The notes under the pieces: model-generated
Database searches by the model: none
The model's input: only the letters and a program-made list of their open reading frames with translations
Told to the model about the DNA's origin: nothing
Part shown: positions 25,840-39,760 of the stretch, one piece after another
How positions within the stretch are numbered: position 1 is the first letter of the stretch
Layout: every line of letters starts with the position of its first letter
Program-made: the position numbers and the translations under genes
Origin: Octopus vulgaris
Taxonomy: Eukaryota
Assembly: GCA_951406725.2 (NCBI GenBank)
Contig: OX597821.1
Span: 104,904,001 to 104,968,000 of the forward strand
Length of the DNA: 64,000 bases
Direction of reading: 5' to 3'

Positions 25840-25925
25840 TATCTGTCTATCTACCTACATACCTATTTATCTATCTACCTATCTATCTATCTACCTATCT
25901 ATCTATCTATCTACCTATCTATCTG

Positions 25926-25963
<38 letters not shown>

Positions 25964-26021
25964 CTTCTACCTATCTATCTATCTATCTATCCTTCTATCT
26001 ATCTATCTATCTATCTATCCT

Positions 26022-26095
<74 letters not shown>

Positions 26096-26111
26096 CTTCT
26101 ATCTATCTATA

Positions 26112-26177
<66 letters not shown>

Positions 26178-26201
26178 CCTATCTATCTATCTATCTATCC
26201 T

Positions 26202-26247
<46 letters not shown>

Positions 26248-26255
26248 GATCTGTC
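25840..26255. repeat. (ATCT)n array, continuing 26723-26970 after the Tx1 insert
   Basis: Read directly. Confidence 0.96.
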
Positions 26256-26722
26256 TAGCGAATGTTTTAAAAAAAGATGGGTGAATGTAGCAAGAATGGC
26301 ACGTATGAATGACGAAGCCACCTTGAGCATAGTCCTATGAACCCAGAAATCGAAAACAGAGAGTTGCTTATTTGCAAAAAAAAAAAAAAAAAAAGAAATA
26401 TAAAATGTGACTTCATTGACCGAGGTTACCGTGGTCTTTTCCGTAGGCTTTTCTTTCCACGGGTAAACCCCACCTGTCCTCCCCTTTACACTTCATATTG
26501 ACATTTCTGTGATAACGATCCCTATTGATCAATTTTTTTTTCCTCCCTCCCTTTTTTTTAACCCCCCTTTTTTTGTCCCCTTTCTCTCCTTTTACGATCC
26601 CTTTTGATCGAAACTCCCCCTTCCTTTTTTTTTTTTTTTTTTTTTTTTAAACCTTCAAAAGAAAAGCTCTACATTGTAATTTGTTCTATCTGTGTGCAGC
26701 CCTGTGTGGCTAATAAAGAAAC
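26256..26722 (+). mobile_element. Second, shorter copy of the same Tx1 LINE (ORF end and 3' UTR)
   Basis: Aligns to about 11048-11505 ([16 protein letters not shown]) with identical 3' terminus GCAGCCCTGTGTGGCTAATAAAGAAAC. Confidence 0.93.
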
Positions 26723-26744
26723 ATATCTATCTCTCTATCTATAA

Positions 26745-26775
<31 letters not shown>

Positions 26776-26777
26776 CT

Positions 26778-26830
<53 letters not shown>

Positions 26831-27912
26831 TTATCTACCTATGTATCTACCTATGTATCTATCTATCTATCTATAAATCTATCTATCTATCAATCAATCT
26901 ATCTATTTATCTACCTATGTTTCTACCTATGTATCTATCGATCTCTCTATCTCTCTATCTATCTATCTATCGATCTATTTGTCCGAACGTCTGTCAGTCC
27001 TACTCCCATCTGTATGTCTAACTGCCTGTCTCTTATTTTCTGTGCCCAACTCCTCTCTCTCTTTCTCCTTTCCTCCTCTTTCTGTACGTATATACATATA
27101 TGCAAAATGTCTACGAATTCGAAAGCGCTTTTGCAATCATAATTTGGATAATAAGCCATCCTTATGTCATTCCTTCGTTTGGTGAAGTATTAACTGTCAT
27201 TGTTTTCATATTTTTTGGTTTAGCATGCCTTAGAGAAAGTTATACGAAAAATCTATTTCAAATGATTGCGAACATATACCGATACTTACCCTCCTTCAAA
27301 TATTAATTATGCGCATATGGGTAAAGATGTTTAAAGAACTTTCAATTCAAAAAATGGTCGCAGAGCAAGTAATGTGTTTTATGTCTTTCTTTTTCTCATC
27401 CAGTGGCAAAGGGTGTTGTATGGGAAGTCTATCATAACAATATTCTATGTAGATACAATATCTCAAATTTAGCGTAGTCGTATAATAGATTAGAGTGACA
27501 GGTTCTTTATTTAATGCGCAATGAAACTAACCTAGCACTTTCTGACGGTTAATGACGGGCCATCATCACTTTACTGAAGATTTTAATCTCACCTGACATA
27601 ATTATTTTGAATATCATTTCACCATTGCTATAATCTGTGTATGAAGTCAGTATCAATTCATAGTTACCTTGACTTGTGAATATTCCGTTACTTTAGATAC
27701 CAAGGGAAATGGCTTCGTTTCGTTTCGTACTACAAAATGGCTTAGTTCTATATTCCTATTGAACTCTTATGTTTTAACCGTCTCATCCTTGATTAAGACT
27801 GTTTTACTTATTCTAGTTTATATCTATACACGTATCCCTCATATCATGCGCACTGGTGCTTCATAAAAGGAATCGTGAAAGGAGCAGATATTTCCCCATG
27901 GGGTATTTAAAC

Positions 27913-27946
<34 letters not shown>

Positions 27947-28229
27947 GAAATTTACAGAAGAAACTAAAGTCAAAGACAGGTGTATGTCCATGCTGGTGAA
28001 CTAGCTTGAGAAAGTCTTTTACTTACTTTAATAAGAGAAAATATACAGCGAGAGAATTAAAAAAACCTGTGGATTTAGTGGTCAAGCATGTCGGCTGGTT
28101 GGGAAAAATAGCGTGACAGAAGAGGTAGAAAGCATCGGTGATCCTAAAACGAAGGTCTGCGTGTGTGTGTGTGTGTTTGTGAGAAACTGTATCTGCACGT
28201 GTGGATAAGGTATAGTGACTTTGATATAT

Positions 28230-28460
28230 ATTTCTTTACTACCCACAAGGGGCTATACGCACAGGGGACAATCGAGGATAGACAAACGGATTAAGTCGAT
28301 TACATCGACCCCAGTGCGTAACTGGTACTTAATATATCGACCCCGAAAGGATGAAAGGCAAAGTCGACCTCGGCGGAATTTGAACCCAGAACGTAACGGC
28401 AGACGAAATACGGCTACGCATTTCGCCCGGCGTGCTAATGTTTCTGCCAGCTCGTCGCCT
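28230..28460 (-). mobile_element. SINE family A, full length
   Basis: Full match; CTTTGATATA on both flanks. Confidence 0.92.
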
Positions 28461-28494
28461 TTGATATAGATATCTAGATATCTTTGATTGGTTG

Positions 28495-28756
28495 CCGATC
28501 AAATGGCTCTGTGTTTTATATCCACTGCTTGGCACTTTGGGCTGGAGTCTTCTACTACAGTTGCGGGCCGACCGAAACTTTGTGAGTTTATTCTGTAGAA
28601 GACACTGAGAGAATCCTGTCGTATGTATGCATGTATTTATGTATATATGCATGTATGTATTCATGTATTCATGTATGCATGTATGGACGTACGATGCATG
28701 TATGTATTCATGTTTGTATGTGTATATATGTATGTATCTCTGTCTGTTTCTCTCTC

Positions 28757-28808
<52 letters not shown>

Positions 28809-28840
28809 GCTAGCTAGCTAGCTAGCTCTCTATCTAGCTC

Positions 28841-28902
<62 letters not shown>

Positions 28903-29090
28903 CATCTATCTATTTGTGTGTGTTTGTTATTCTTCCCTATCACCGTTTGACAACCGGTATTGGTGTGTTAAATCCCTGTATTAAACCATAAAACCTTAAC
29001 TAACAAGCTTTGAAGAAACAGAACTCTGGTGAATTCGTTCCACAGAATTTGATCTGGATGGCGCCGCAACTCAGCGCAGTATTATTATTG
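28495..29090 (+). mobile_element. SINE family B, old copy with expanded internal microsatellite
   Basis: 5' half to about 28625, roughly 300 bp of (ATGT)n/(ATCT)n/(AGCT)n, then 3' half from about 28920 (TTGACAACCGGTATTGGTGTG). Confidence 0.7.
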
Positions 29091-29133
29091 AAATAATAAA
29101 CGTTGAAATTCATATACAGAATATGTGTACACA

Positions 29134-29205
<72 letters not shown>

Positions 29206-29209
29206 TGAA

Positions 29210-29415
29210 TCGGAGGTGCGTTCATATGTATCAAACATTTTCTTTCCAAAACTAAAGCAGCAATGGTAAACTTTATCTGATGGGAGGAGAATTCACCTTT
29301 CTTGCGCCAGATGGAAAGCCTTCCCGCCGGTAGGCCAAGTCAGTTTCCGACTCTTACGTCGAGACATGACAGCTGCAGACTGAAACAGCCTACGGGCTCG
29401 AACAGGTTCATTATG
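29210..29415 (+). mobile_element. Possible mariner left end
   Basis: GAGGTGCGTTCA resembles irritans-type TIR starts. No partner TIR or clear transposase. Confidence 0.3.
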
Positions 29416-29419
29416 CATG

Positions 29420-29620
29420 TGCTTGTCTGCCCCGTTTGACAGCTGACGTCTGCGTGCTTACGTCCCCGTAGATTAGCTGTTTAACAAAAGATGCCGATAG
29501 AACAAGTACTAAGCTTACATAGAATAATTGCTGGTGTGGTTTTCTTGCGCTGAGACCTTTTAAGTTGGTGCTCTAGCATGGTCGTGGTCAGGTCACTAAA
29601 ACATGTAAAAGAATAAAGAA
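29420..29620 (+). mobile_element. SINE family B 3' half, diverged
   Basis: TACGTCCCCGTA..GATAGAACAAGTACT..GGTGCTCTAGCATGG. Confidence 0.7.
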
Positions 29621-29637
29621 CATCTACATATAATATG

Positions 29638-30078
29638 TACTCTCTTTTACTCTCTTACTTGTTTCAGTTTTTTGACTGTGACCATGCTGGAGCAAAGCCT
29701 TTAGTCGAGCAAATCGACCCAATGACTTATTATTTGTAAGCCTAGTACTTATTTTGTCGGTCAAATGCCGAACCGCTAGGTTACAGGGATGCAAACATAC
29801 CAGCATCGGTTGTCAAGCGATGTTGGGGCGACAAACAGAGACACACAAACACACGCACACACACACACACACAGATACACACACATATATATATATATAT
29901 GTATATATATACATACACATATACGAGCAGCTTCTTTCAGTTTCCGTCTACCAAATCCACTCACAAGGCCTTGGTCGACCCACAGCTATAGTGGTAGACA
30001 CTTGCCCAAGATGACACACAGTAGGACTGAAGCCGGAACCATGTGGTTCGTTAGAAAGCTACTTACCACACAGCCATT
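29638..30078 (-). mobile_element. SINE family B, near full length
   Basis: Head TGGCTGTGTGGTAAG on the minus strand, CORE-like block, internal microsatellite and tail. Confidence 0.9.
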
Positions 30079-30079
30079 G

Positions 30080-30176
<97 letters not shown>

Positions 30177-30205
30177 CATACATATATATATATATATATT
30201 CATAC

Positions 30206-30242
<37 letters not shown>

Positions 30243-30249
30243 GATATAC

Positions 30250-30280
<31 letters not shown>

Positions 30281-30290
30281 ATGTATATAA

Positions 30291-30325
<35 letters not shown>

Positions 30326-31098
30326 TATATGTATATATGTATGTATATATATATACATTTACATATATTTGTGTATGGTGTATGTGTTTATGTATGCCAG
30401 CAATGTGCGGTGTTGCGTCAATTCATTTAGTTTTCATGTCATTAATAGCTACGCGATACCAAGTAATAGCAAGTAATTTACAATTCTGTTTATGTATATT
30501 AGGAAAACGTTCTGAATACAAAAGTGAAAAGCGAATTCTAACTAATCATCTATATTAAATGTCTTCATTGACTGTCATTTGCTGTAAATTATTACCATTA
30601 AAAACTCAGGTCTTTTAATACATAAAATATATTTTATTTGAGTTTACTTTAACTCTTCATTTTATCAACAAAAAAAAAAAATGTCTAAATGCTGATGATG
30701 CAAAATCGCTGTAGCTCCCTGTGTTAATTAATGTCTGAAAAAGAAATAAGCAAGCATATCTTGAAGTCTTGAAGTTTTTTTTCTTTTTCTAATTAGCATA
30801 TAGATTACAGTACTATGAGAAAAGAAGGTGATTTTCATTGTGTATGATAGTTGGTATCATAAAGTTCACCAATATTTTGCAACAGAGAGTCTGTAGAGAC
30901 AACATTCTCTTTCCTTCCTTCCTTCTTTCTTTATTTCTGTCTTACTTTTTTCTTTCTTTCTTTCCTTCGTTTTTTTTCTTTCTTTATTTAGTTCTCTCTC
31001 GCTATATATATATATATATATATAGATATATACATACATACATATATATATATATATATGTATGAATATATACATATATAAACATGTGTATTTATATA

Positions 31099-31133
<35 letters not shown>

Positions 31134-31213
31134 CTATATATATCTATATATATCTATATCTATATCTATATATATCTATATATATCTATATATATATCTA
31201 TATATATCTATAT

Positions 31214-31244
<31 letters not shown>

Positions 31245-31259
31245 TATATCTATATATAT

Positions 31260-31355
<96 letters not shown>

Positions 31356-31448
31356 GTATGTATTTAGACAGGTAAAACAGGGTAGTAAACATTAAAGCAA
31401 AGCACACATCTCAAGTCTTGTACAACGTTATGGTAGGAAGAAATTCAC

Positions 31449-31506
31449 AATCTTACAGTTGTTTCTGGGATATCCCCGAGTATGGGATATTCCGTCATCA
31501 GCGATA
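31449..31506 (-). ncRNA. Type I hammerhead ribozyme motif, left arm
   Basis: CTGATGA c gga ATATCCC atactcg GGGATAT ccca GAAAC aact GTA aga. Confidence 0.75.
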
Positions 31507-31829
31507 AATAGGGAAAAATAGGGAAGATGAAAATGGTGTATATCAATAAGATGACGACATAGAGGAAAGTCGTAAAAGAATAAGATGTAAAGAAATAAAG
31601 GAAAAGAAGCATAAAAGTTCATAGTTCAACTTTCGGAATTTATAGAAACCAGAGCGCAAGGTCCATGAGCGTTAGTCTTTAGGTGCAATCTTGCGTATAT
31701 TCATGTGGATTAGACATGCGTATATCCATGTTATAGTAGACATCCCAAGAAAAACCGACGCGAACATATCAATGTTCAATAAGTGAATGGAGTCATGCTT
31801 TTTTTTCTATGACTTCGGAAAGTTGAACC

Positions 31830-32028
31830 CTTTACTCTGTTACTCTTTTTTACTCTTTTACTCTTTTATTTGTTTCAGTCATTTGACTGCGGCCATGCTG
31901 GAGCACCACCTTTAGTCGAGCAACTCGACCCCGGGACTTATTCTTTTTGTAAGCCCAGTACTTATTCTATCGGTCTCTTTTTTCCGAACCGCTAAGTGAA
32001 TGCTAGGGGGACAAACACAGACACACAA

Positions 32029-32059
<31 letters not shown>

Positions 32060-32224
32060 CATATATACGACAGGCTTCTTTCAGTTTCCGTCTACCAAAT
32101 CCACTCACAAGGCATTGGTCGCCCTGGGGCTATAGCAGAAGACACTTGCCCAAGATGCGACGCAGTGGGACTGAACCCGGAACCATGTGGTTGGTTAGCA
32201 AGCTACTTACCACACAGCCACTCC
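31830..32224 (-). mobile_element. SINE family B inserted in the palindrome
   Basis: Family match with an internal deletion. TGAACC duplicated at 31824-31829 and 32225-32230. Confidence 0.9.
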
Positions 32225-32350
32225 TGAACCATGAACTTTTCTGCCTATTTTGTCTTCTATCTTTCCATCTCCTTACACTTTTACTCCCTTCCTCTACGTC
32301 GACATCTTATTGATATACACCATTTTAATTTTCCATGTTTTTCCCGTATT

Positions 32351-32408
32351 TGTCTCTGATGGCGGAATATCTCATACTCGGAGATATCCCAGAAACAGCT
32401 GTAAGGTT
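32351..32408 (+). ncRNA. Type I hammerhead ribozyme motif, right arm (one core substitution)
   Basis: CTGATGG c gga ATATCTC atactcg GAGATAT ccca GAAAC AGCT GTA agg, with palindromic AGCT loop. Confidence 0.7.
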
Positions 32409-32624
32409 TTAAAAAATTTCTTCCTCTAACAATATTGTACACGACTTGAGATGTTTGCTTTCCCTTAATGCTTACTGTCCTGTTTGAAAATTATACATCC
32501 GCTGCATCGAAAATCGGCAATTACCGTCTCGGCTATAACAATGGAGCCCCAGTAAGCCGTTACTGCACATACCTAGCGTACCTAATCGTTTAGATCACAA
32601 GTGAGCTAAACTCCCATATTTTGT

Positions 32625-32975
32625 ATACTCTTTTAGTGTTTTCAGTCATTTGACTGGGGCCATACTGGAGCACTGATTTTTGTTGAACGAATCGACCCCA
32701 GGACTTATTCTTTGTAAGCCTAGCACTTATTCTATCGATCCCTTTGGCCGAACCGCTAATTTACGGGGACGTAAACACACCAACATCGGTTTTCAAGGGA
32801 TGCTGGAGGGGACAAACACAGACACATACACACACACACACACGCATATATATATATATATATAATATATACGTATACATGTATACGACGGGCTTCTTTC
32901 CGTTTCCGGCTACCAAATCCACTCACAAGGCTTTGGTCGGCCCGAGGCTATAGTAGAAGACATTTGCCCAAGTTT
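32625..32975 (-). mobile_element. SINE family B, head missing
   Basis: Family match. Confidence 0.85.
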
Positions 32976-33562
32976 TGTGTATATATATATATATACATAC
33001 ATACATACATACGCGCACACACGCACATACACACATACACACATACACACACACACACACACATACACACATATATATATACATACAAAGAGTCAGACGC
33101 GCACACACGAGATAAGGTGAGAAGGAATGAATGTGTTGAGTCATCGTCTCAAACATAAGGCAATGATTTTAAAACAAGTATATTCATTCCTAAGAGCTCC
33201 ATTCAGATATAAATAAAGATCCACGGTAAGAATCAATATAATAAAAATAATCGTACAAGATAGGACACAGTATACCTTTGCCAAAATGAATTGAATATAT
33301 AAAAGGCCAACACGTTAAAATGTTGCAATAGTCACCACTTTCTACAACGCAGGAGAGCTATATCACTGATTATGTCATGTCTCGTTCAAGACTGACATTC
33401 TAATTATTTGTTTTTCTAGGTCCCATTGCGTGAGAATATGTGTTGAAAGTATGCCATTCAGAGTAAAAGAACATAAATAATTAAAATCTACACGCATTTA
33501 ATATACTTACTGTTTACCAAAATAACACTGGTATTATTCGTTTGGTATTATTTGCATTATAA

Positions 33563-33976
33563 GGCGGCGAGCTGGCAGAAACGTTAGCACGCCGGGCGAA
33601 ATGCTTATCGGTATTTCGTCTGCGTTACGTTGTGAGTTCAAATTCCGCCGAGGTTGATTTTGCCTTTCATCATTTCGGGGTCGATAAATTAAGTACCAGT
33701 TACGCACTGGGGTCGATGTAATCGACTTAATACCTATGTCTGTCCTTGTTTGTCCCCTCTGTGTTTAGCCCCTTGAGGGTAATAAAGAAATAGGTATTTC
33801 GTCTGCGTTACGTTGTGAGTTCAAATTCCGCCGAGGTCGATTTTGCCTTTCATCATTTCGGGGTCGATAAATTAAGTACCAGTTACGCACTGGGGTCGAT
33901 CTAATCGACTTAATACCTATGTCTGTCCTTGTTTGTCCCCTCTGTGTTTAGCCCCTTGTGGGTAATAAAAAAATAG
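33563..33976 (+). mobile_element. SINE family A tandem dimer
   Basis: Full unit plus a headless 183-bp unit; unit starts at 33611 and 33794. Confidence 0.93.
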
Positions 33977-34943
33977 GTATTATTTGTTTGGTGTATATGA
34001 ACTCGTATGCGCGTGTGTTTGAATTTTTCAATGAGCATATGTGTGTTTGTGCAATTTACATATATTTCTTAAAAAATATCCACGGAGACAACTTTATTTC
34101 TGTGTTTAGATTGCTTCTTATCAAGCAGGACAGCTTATTCATTAGAGACACAATCATATCGCAATCGCTTCATTTCTTTATAGAATTTATCTCAACTATA
34201 AAGTTTCGAATCATTCAAAACTACCATTTACTTCACAACATTTTATAATTTCTTCTGTTTGCGATTCTATTACTATCAAATATTTTATTTATTATCTCAT
34301 GAAATAAAATTATGAACACACCGTTTATCTCTTGTGCCTGTTACGTCAAAACTACATACCTCGCTATACAGTCTTTTCATTACTATAATTCATTTACATC
34401 ATAACACTGTCAGTTTTGTATACATTATTTAATTTCAAAGAGAAGTATTTTTATGATGTGCTTTCAAAGCTGAGATTAGTCACTACCAACATTTAACTGA
34501 TTCTAATTTCACAAATTCATAAGTTGAAAAGAAATATATAAACCTGTCAATCATATGCTTTTTTTCACAGTTAAATCTCATCAAACATAATTTTGGATAC
34601 CGTCCAATATTAAATATTTTAAAGAGAAACTTTTCTTTTTTACTCATAAACCAATGTGTTTTCGCTCATAAACTTAATGTTTTTAATTTTCTGCTTACTT
34701 TATATATTTAACTTTCGTGAAGTTTTCTATCTAATACTGGTTTTTTATACGTGATGTAAAAAATAAAAGACATTCGAAATTCTGGTAAGAATAACTGTAG
34801 GATATACATACACACACACACATATGCACGTGCACGACGTGCTGTATGTGCATATATGTAGTTATACGTGTACTGGCTTCAGTCATTAGACTGAAACTGC
34901 AGCCATGCCTGCTCATATATATATATATTTATATATGTATATA

Positions 34944-35018
<75 letters not shown>

Positions 35019-35123
35019 GCATGTGTATATGTATATATTTACACACATATTTATATATGTGTATATATACATATATACATATATACCGACAAATACCTAC
35101 ACACACACACATATATTCATACA

Positions 35124-36326
35124 TTAGGTTGTTTCACATGAAATGTCGCATTTTGAATTACTTGTTATTTCCGTCATTTAAGAACTCAATTATGTATACC
35201 TTGCCTTTATTCCTGACCCTTTTTATTTCCCAGTCAATATAGGAATACAAACTTCGTACCCACAGACCTTATGAAAATGATAGCAACAAAACTATGGTGA
35301 GTTATTTTCTCGTATGTTTACACACTGGGTCCTTCTGCCGTACAAGCTCTACAGAATATCAAGTGGGCGTTTAGTAATGGTTTTGCTGATATCAGAGATA
35401 GTTCCAAAGCTCTCGTTTAGGAGATGATAGCATTGAAAATACACCAAGGTGTAGGCCAAAATCATTTGTTCGGCATGATGGGTTAAGTGCATTCGTTGAG
35501 CAGAATCCGAGGATAAAAGTGCAAAACCTTTGATCAGAACTACAAACATCTCACACAACTGTTTTTGGACATCTGTAAAAAAGTTGGAAAAGTTAAAAAA
35601 CCGGATAAATTTGTTCCACATCAACTGAACTAGATTTAAAACAACAAACGTTTCGAAGTGTGCTTCTTATTGCTTTTTCGATTGGAAAAATACTCTTTTT
35701 GCATCAAATCATTACTTGTGATGAGAAATAGATACTCTTTGACAACAGCAGGAGTACAGGACAATTGCACTCTAAAACAGGACAATTGCACTCTAAAATT
35801 TTAGTGGTAACTGTATGGTGGTCTGCGATGGGAATTCTTCATTATTCATTGTTGCAAGAACGAAAAACGGTAACAGCAACATCGTATTGCCAGGAAATTG
35901 AATGTATGCATGAGATTTTGAAAACGAAGCAACACAGACTAGTGAATACAGATGGCCCAATTTTGCTCCACAACAATGCAAGTCTTGACACTCCTCGAGC
36001 TACGGTCCGAAAATTGGAAAGCCTAAATTATGAGATTTTGCCACATCACCTGATATCTCTCCTACTGGTCGTAAATTATTTAAGCATTTTGAGGTTTTCA
36101 TAAGCAATAAAACATTCTTAAATAGAGAAGAGGTAACTGAAGCTTTCGAACATTTTATCTCAGCAAAAGATGATACTTTTTAAAAGATGGGATATTATGA
36201 CAGAAAAACGTTGGCTAAACGTTGTCATAAATGAACATTGCTGATTTAAATAAACCATTTCTCTAACACTTCTGAAACATATTACTGTTACCTTTCAAAT
36301 ATGACTTTGTATGTGAAACAGCCTAA
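35124..36326 (+). mobile_element. Near full-length defective mariner (cecropia/Hsmar1-like)
   Basis: TIRs TTAGG(T/C)TGTTTCACAT at both ends, TA after the right end. Motifs FVPHQL, IITCDEK*ILFDN, VTVWW, PILLHNNA, SPDISPT with stops and frameshifts. Confidence 0.92.
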
Positions 36327-37315
36327 TATATATAGTAGAAATATGTTACGAAAAGGAGATATAAAATACACGTGGAAATGTAAGGGTAAAATATGAAAAA
36401 TCAACGAACATGCATATTGCAAATAGAAAAAAGGCTATTTATGACAGGTAACGACAAATATATACATTTAGATTGACTGAGGTAGTAATACGAGTCATAA
36501 AAGCCATTATTATGAAATGATTATAAGATGATAATAAAGTAAGAGAACAAAACGAACCAATGGTTTACGCAAAGCTATTCATCGTTTGAAAAACACTGGT
36601 TAATACCTACGTTTACACACACACACACACATTTATATATATATATATGCTTTGCAAACATAAATATCTATTATCTAAATGAGCGACAGTCCTGGAATTC
36701 TTTTTAACTTTGTTGAAACACTTTTGCATCTGTTGTTGCAACTAAGCGTTTCCATGCTGTTACTTGCATAGCTAGACGTGTATTTAGTTGTTTCTTTGAG
36801 ATTACTACGTGAGAAATTTGTACAATTCAACTTGTATAATAGCTAGATTAGGGATTTTTATAATTCAACATGTATAAAATCTAGATAAGAGATTTGTACA
36901 CTCCAATACTGCACAATTTAAACCTATTCGAGTCTCTTACCCAGATTGATGTTAAAAATTATTTTCACTTTTCCTAATACATGGCATTTATTTCCTTATG
37001 GTGGAAATACTAACCTTGCATATATGAAGCCTTCTGTATGCTACCTGTCTTTATGTCTCTTATATTCTTGTTTAACTTCTTCGTTTATATTTTTATATTT
37101 TCCTGCATCGGAAACTTTTGTTGACGACGATCTAGGCAAAGAAAGAGGCATGTTCCATTGGTGCTAAGCAGCTCTCTGCCTCTCTTTCTTCGCATATGTC
37201 AGATATCAGTATACACGCATGCGTGACACATATCCCACAGCCCTACACATACATGTGTTCGTGTGTATGGTTTACATTGACAAAATTCCTGAACAAGTTT
37301 TCGAACTACAAACGC

Positions 37316-37320
<5 letters not shown>

Positions 37321-37365
<45 letters not shown>

Positions 37366-37408
37366 TAATAATCATAATAATAATATTAATAACAATAATA
37401 AGAACAAT

Positions 37409-37487
<79 letters not shown>
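37321..37487. repeat. (AAT)n microsatellite
   Basis: Read directly. Confidence 0.97.
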
Positions 37488-37488
<1 letters not shown>

Positions 37489-38263
37489 GCTCAGGACTCA
37501 AAGCAGAGACAGAGAGATTTTTAATTGCAGTACAAGACCAAAGCCACCCCACCAGGAATTACCAAAAACATGTAATGAAAAGAAATATAACAAGTAACTG
37601 CGGAATATGTGGAGATGAACAAGAAGCAATAAATCATATTATCTCTGGCTGCCCAGTCCTGGCTAAGAAGGAACATATTCACAGACATGACAGAGTTGGA
37701 ACCTACATACACTGGAAGCTATGCCAACATTATGGAATAACAATAGAAAAAAGATGGTATAGGCACACGCCAGAAAAGGTCACAGAAAACGAGAAAGCAG
37801 CCATACCCTGGGATATGCCGATACACACAGATAGAGAAATTAAGGCCAACAGTCCAGATATAGTTGTCAGAGATCCTGAAATAAAAATGGTTTCTAATTG
37901 ATGTATCAATACCGGCAAATGACAACGTGTCTCTAAAAGAAATGGAGAAACTTTCAAAATACAAAGACCTGGAAATAGAGGTAACCAGAATGTGGAATCT
38001 GAAAACAGAAACAATTCCTATCATAGTAGGTGCCTTAGGCATGATAAAAAAAATATTCAGACAAATACATAACAAAAACACGTGGACTTACAAACACATA
38101 TAGCATACAGAAAATTGCACTACTAGGCACTTCACACATCCTACCCAGAACACTTTCCATACAATAACCATCAGAGCATCACAACACATCACAGCACATA
38201 CCTAAGGCACACAGAGCTGTGCTCGGTAGTGAAGTGAAAGCACGCTATAAAAATAAAACTACT
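37488..38263 (+). mobile_element. 5'-truncated R4/Dong-like LINE: CCHC knuckle, RLE endonuclease, 3' UTR
   Basis: GLKAETE, CGICGDEQEAINHIISGC, RHDRV, PDIVV, LIDVSIP, KLSKYKDL, IVGALG, QKIALLGT. (AAT)n on both sides. Confidence 0.92.
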
Positions 38264-38264
38264 A

Positions 38265-38295
<31 letters not shown>

Positions 38296-39634
38296 TATAA
38301 TATATAATAATAATTTGTTTAGGCAGCAGTAAACAAATATGTACCTAAAAGGAAAGCTATAACTGTCATTAAATACGACTGAGTGTGTTTTATACATACA
38401 CATATACATGTGTATGTGAGTGTGTGTAAACGTATATATATATATATATATACATTTATGTATGTGCCTCTGCTTGTGAATGTCTGTGTGTTTTGTTGGT
38501 TATGTGCGTCATTAATGTGCTATATTTTATATACCATATAAATAATCGCTTAAAACACGTACAAAAGTGAACGTAATTTTATAGATACAGTTCCGATTTA
38601 TTACTTTTAATGAGAGGAATGATCTTCAAGCTGATATAAGTAATTTTTAATAAGGTATCAGCGTTTGTTCAATTACTTTGTAGACTTGAAACACCTTACA
38701 AGTGAATTTAACAGCACATAAACTATTGCATACCGAAAACACATTGAGACGATATCAGAGAAGTTTTAGTGAAACGATCAATTCATATAGTTTATGAGGG
38801 TTATTTCGAAATACATTGATCGTAAATGTTTGGATAAAATGAAATATTTCATACACTACATTAGTTAACTGAAATTAGTAATAAACATAAAACCGGTCGA
38901 GTGAGCTTCTTTTGAAAATTACAAAAATGTGCATCGATATAACATTCGATCTGTTTATATATTTCAAGTGAAATTTTTATATGCCGGTTCCTGTCTAATG
39001 ACAGGTTTGGTGGAAAGTATGTATTATCTGCCAAATAGTGATAATAAATTTTTGATCTAATAGATCCCTAATGGTAAAATCTTGTAACAAGAAATGTCTT
39101 ATTTAATAAGGACGTAAACACACCAGATGAATATAATTCTAACGAACTGAAGTATTTTTATGATTGTTCGGCTGTTTCAGAAACGTCAGACATCTGGTTT
39201 CCAAACTGCGATAATTAAACTAATAATTTGAATGAACTTCTAGAAGATCAACAAATTGTTATTAAGATATTTAACTTAAATGATATGACAAGTCATTTAA
39301 CGAAGCTAAAATTTCATGATATCCCATGGTCTACCATACCATCTTGGTCGTCACATATTTCTAACAATCTCTCAAACACTTCCTGCGCTATAATTATTTT
39401 TACGTAGCTCTTTTATCACGGCCGTCAATGTTCGGTTTTCATTAAAACTATATCATCTCGTTTAATACACCCTAATTATTTCAGACATTCGAAATGATAC
39501 GTCATTAATGTCCTATTCCTGCTCGTTAATCAAACATCATTCATAATACGGTTGAAACGTGACGGAAGTATTTCAGTGGTGACAATTCTGTTTAAAAGAA
39601 ATATCAATTGACTACTTCATGTGTACGTAAAGAC

Positions 39635-39760
39635 GCATGGGTAATGTGTTGCGCTCAGGATCCTTAGATGATAGTTTCGATTCCCGTACCGGATTGTGTA
39701 TCGTGAACTTGAGCAAAAAACCTCAATTGACGAAGCCGCTTACTACTCAGTTCAAAATAA
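39635..39760 (+). mobile_element. SINE family C head, degraded
   Basis: GACGCATGG..TTCGATTCCC..ACCGG..CTTGAGCAA. Confidence 0.5.

Larger units (their letters stand above)
31375..32485. mobile_element. Palindromic Penelope-like remnant, interrupted by a SINE-B
   Basis: 31375-31665 is the inverted homologue of 31788-31829 plus 32231-32485. Each arm carries a hammerhead motif. Confidence 0.8.

Noticed and set aside
31665-31788. GIY-YIG endonuclease remnant in the palindrome spacer
   Set aside because: Weak readings are possible on both strands, so none can be supported.
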